Shown here: positions 63,300-64,000 of the stretch, one piece after another
Layout: each line of letters begins with the position of its first letter
How positions within the stretch are numbered: position 1 is the first letter of the stretch
Assembly (NCBI GenBank): GCA_963814585.1
Contig: CAWFDF010000011.1
Coordinates: 64,001-128,000 of the forward strand
From: an uncultured delta proteobacterium
GTDB lineage: Bacteria; Myxococcota; Myxococcia; Myxococcales; Anaeromyxobacteraceae
DNA: 64,000 bases
Direction: 5' to 3'
Made by a program: the position numbers and the translations under genes
Notes under the pieces: model-generated
Told to the model about the DNA's origin: nothing
The model's input: only the letters and a program-made list of their open reading frames with translations
Databases searched by the model: none

Positions 63300-64000
63300 T
63301 CATCGCTGCGTCCCCGTCGCCTCGACCATCCACCGGCCATTGACCGCACGGGTCGCGACCAACCTGCCAACCGCCGGGGCGAGATTGCTGCACAGCTCCT
63401 CGATTGCCACTTCGGTGTCACGGTCCATGCTGGTCCGGCCGTCGGTCCAGCCCAGTTCGATGTGGCTCTCCCCGGGACGCTCCGGCACCAGCCCGTAACG
63501 GACACGGAAGAGGGCTGGTGTCCGGTCCTGGGTCCCGATGGCCCACTCCACGGCGCCAGTCGGGCCGACGACTCGCAGCCCGACGCATTCGGCTTCCAGC
63601 GCGCGGGCGGCATCCACCGTGGCAGCCCACACGTCGTCTTTGTCGCGAGCGGCGCGAAGCCGCGTGCCGACGCTCCTCATGGCGCTGCGCACGACGAAAT
63701 TCCGCCTTCGGGCCGCGGCCCATTGCTGGGTCTCGCTCAGCCGGATGAACCCGAGCCGACGCAGGACCAGGTATGCCGTGCCCGCCAGCGCCAGCAGGAA
63801 CCAGAGCGCCACCGAGCGCGACGCGAAGGCCACCACCATGGCGGAGGCGCCGAGCGCCACCGAGCCAGCATAGAGCGCCAGGACGGTCTGGCGGTGCGAG
63901 AGACCCATGTCGAGAAGCCGGTGATGGATGTGACCTCGGTCACCGCGGAAGAGCGGGACCCCGCGTGCGGCGCGACGTCCCATGGCCAATGCCGTGTCCG
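63300..64000 (-). CDS. WecA/MraY-family undecaprenyl-phosphate sugar-1-phosphate transferase (C-terminal part; 5' end beyond window)
   Basis: DT..AM.RR..G..LF..DRGHIHHRLL..G.S motif plus a soluble C-terminal extension. Confidence 0.85.
   Translation of the reverse strand, partial: DTALAMGRRAARGVPLFRGDRGHIHHRLLDMGLSHRQTVLALYAGSVALGASAMVVAFASRSVALWFLLALAGTAYLVLRRLGFIRLSETQQWAAARRRNFVVRSAMRSVGTRLRAARDKDDVWAATVDAARALEAECVGLRVVGPTGAVEWAIGTQDRTPALFRVRYGLVPERPGESHIELGWTDGRTSMDRDTEVAIEELCSNLAPAVGRLVATRAVNGRWMVEATGTQR

Overview
Very GC-rich bacterial chromosome segment; gene content and order suggest Myxococcota, Anaeromyxobacter-like (inference). Left to right: (1) 1-10601, an alpha-glucan utilisation locus with an unknown lipoprotein, a large outer-membrane barrel with LamB-like termini, a secreted glucodextranase-C/DOMON-like protein, a GH13 amylase lipoprotein, a divergent ROK regulator and a CBM41-pullulanase lipoprotein. 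(2) hisDBHAFIE. (3) rpsU-yqeY-dnaG-rpoD, tRNA-Ile2(CAT), a Zn-ribbon protein and RNase HI. (4) Methyltransferase, hemolysin III, def, a pseudo-receiver/DUF4388/J-like protein, priA, galU. (5) A cobalamin-riboswitch-controlled B12 uptake operon (TonB receptor, Cys-rich lipoprotein, BtuFCD-like ABC, PilZ protein). (6) A small hypothetical gene coupled to a ComEA-like gene, DUF3467, esterase-glpK, radA, BirA-operator-controlled bioB-bioF, dgkA. (7) From ~46.9 kb to the end, a compositionally distinct Wzx/Wzy polysaccharide cluster that includes a six-Ig-repeat esterase lipoprotein. priA, btuB, the chain-length gene and the asnB-like gene carry single-base frameshifts, most likely assembly errors. 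No CRISPR array, transposase or integrase was seen. Best candidates for an undescribed system are the non-SusC/D starch uptake locus with its divergent maltoporin-like channel, the BtuG-analogous B12 lipoprotein, and the stalked esterase in the polysaccharide cluster.
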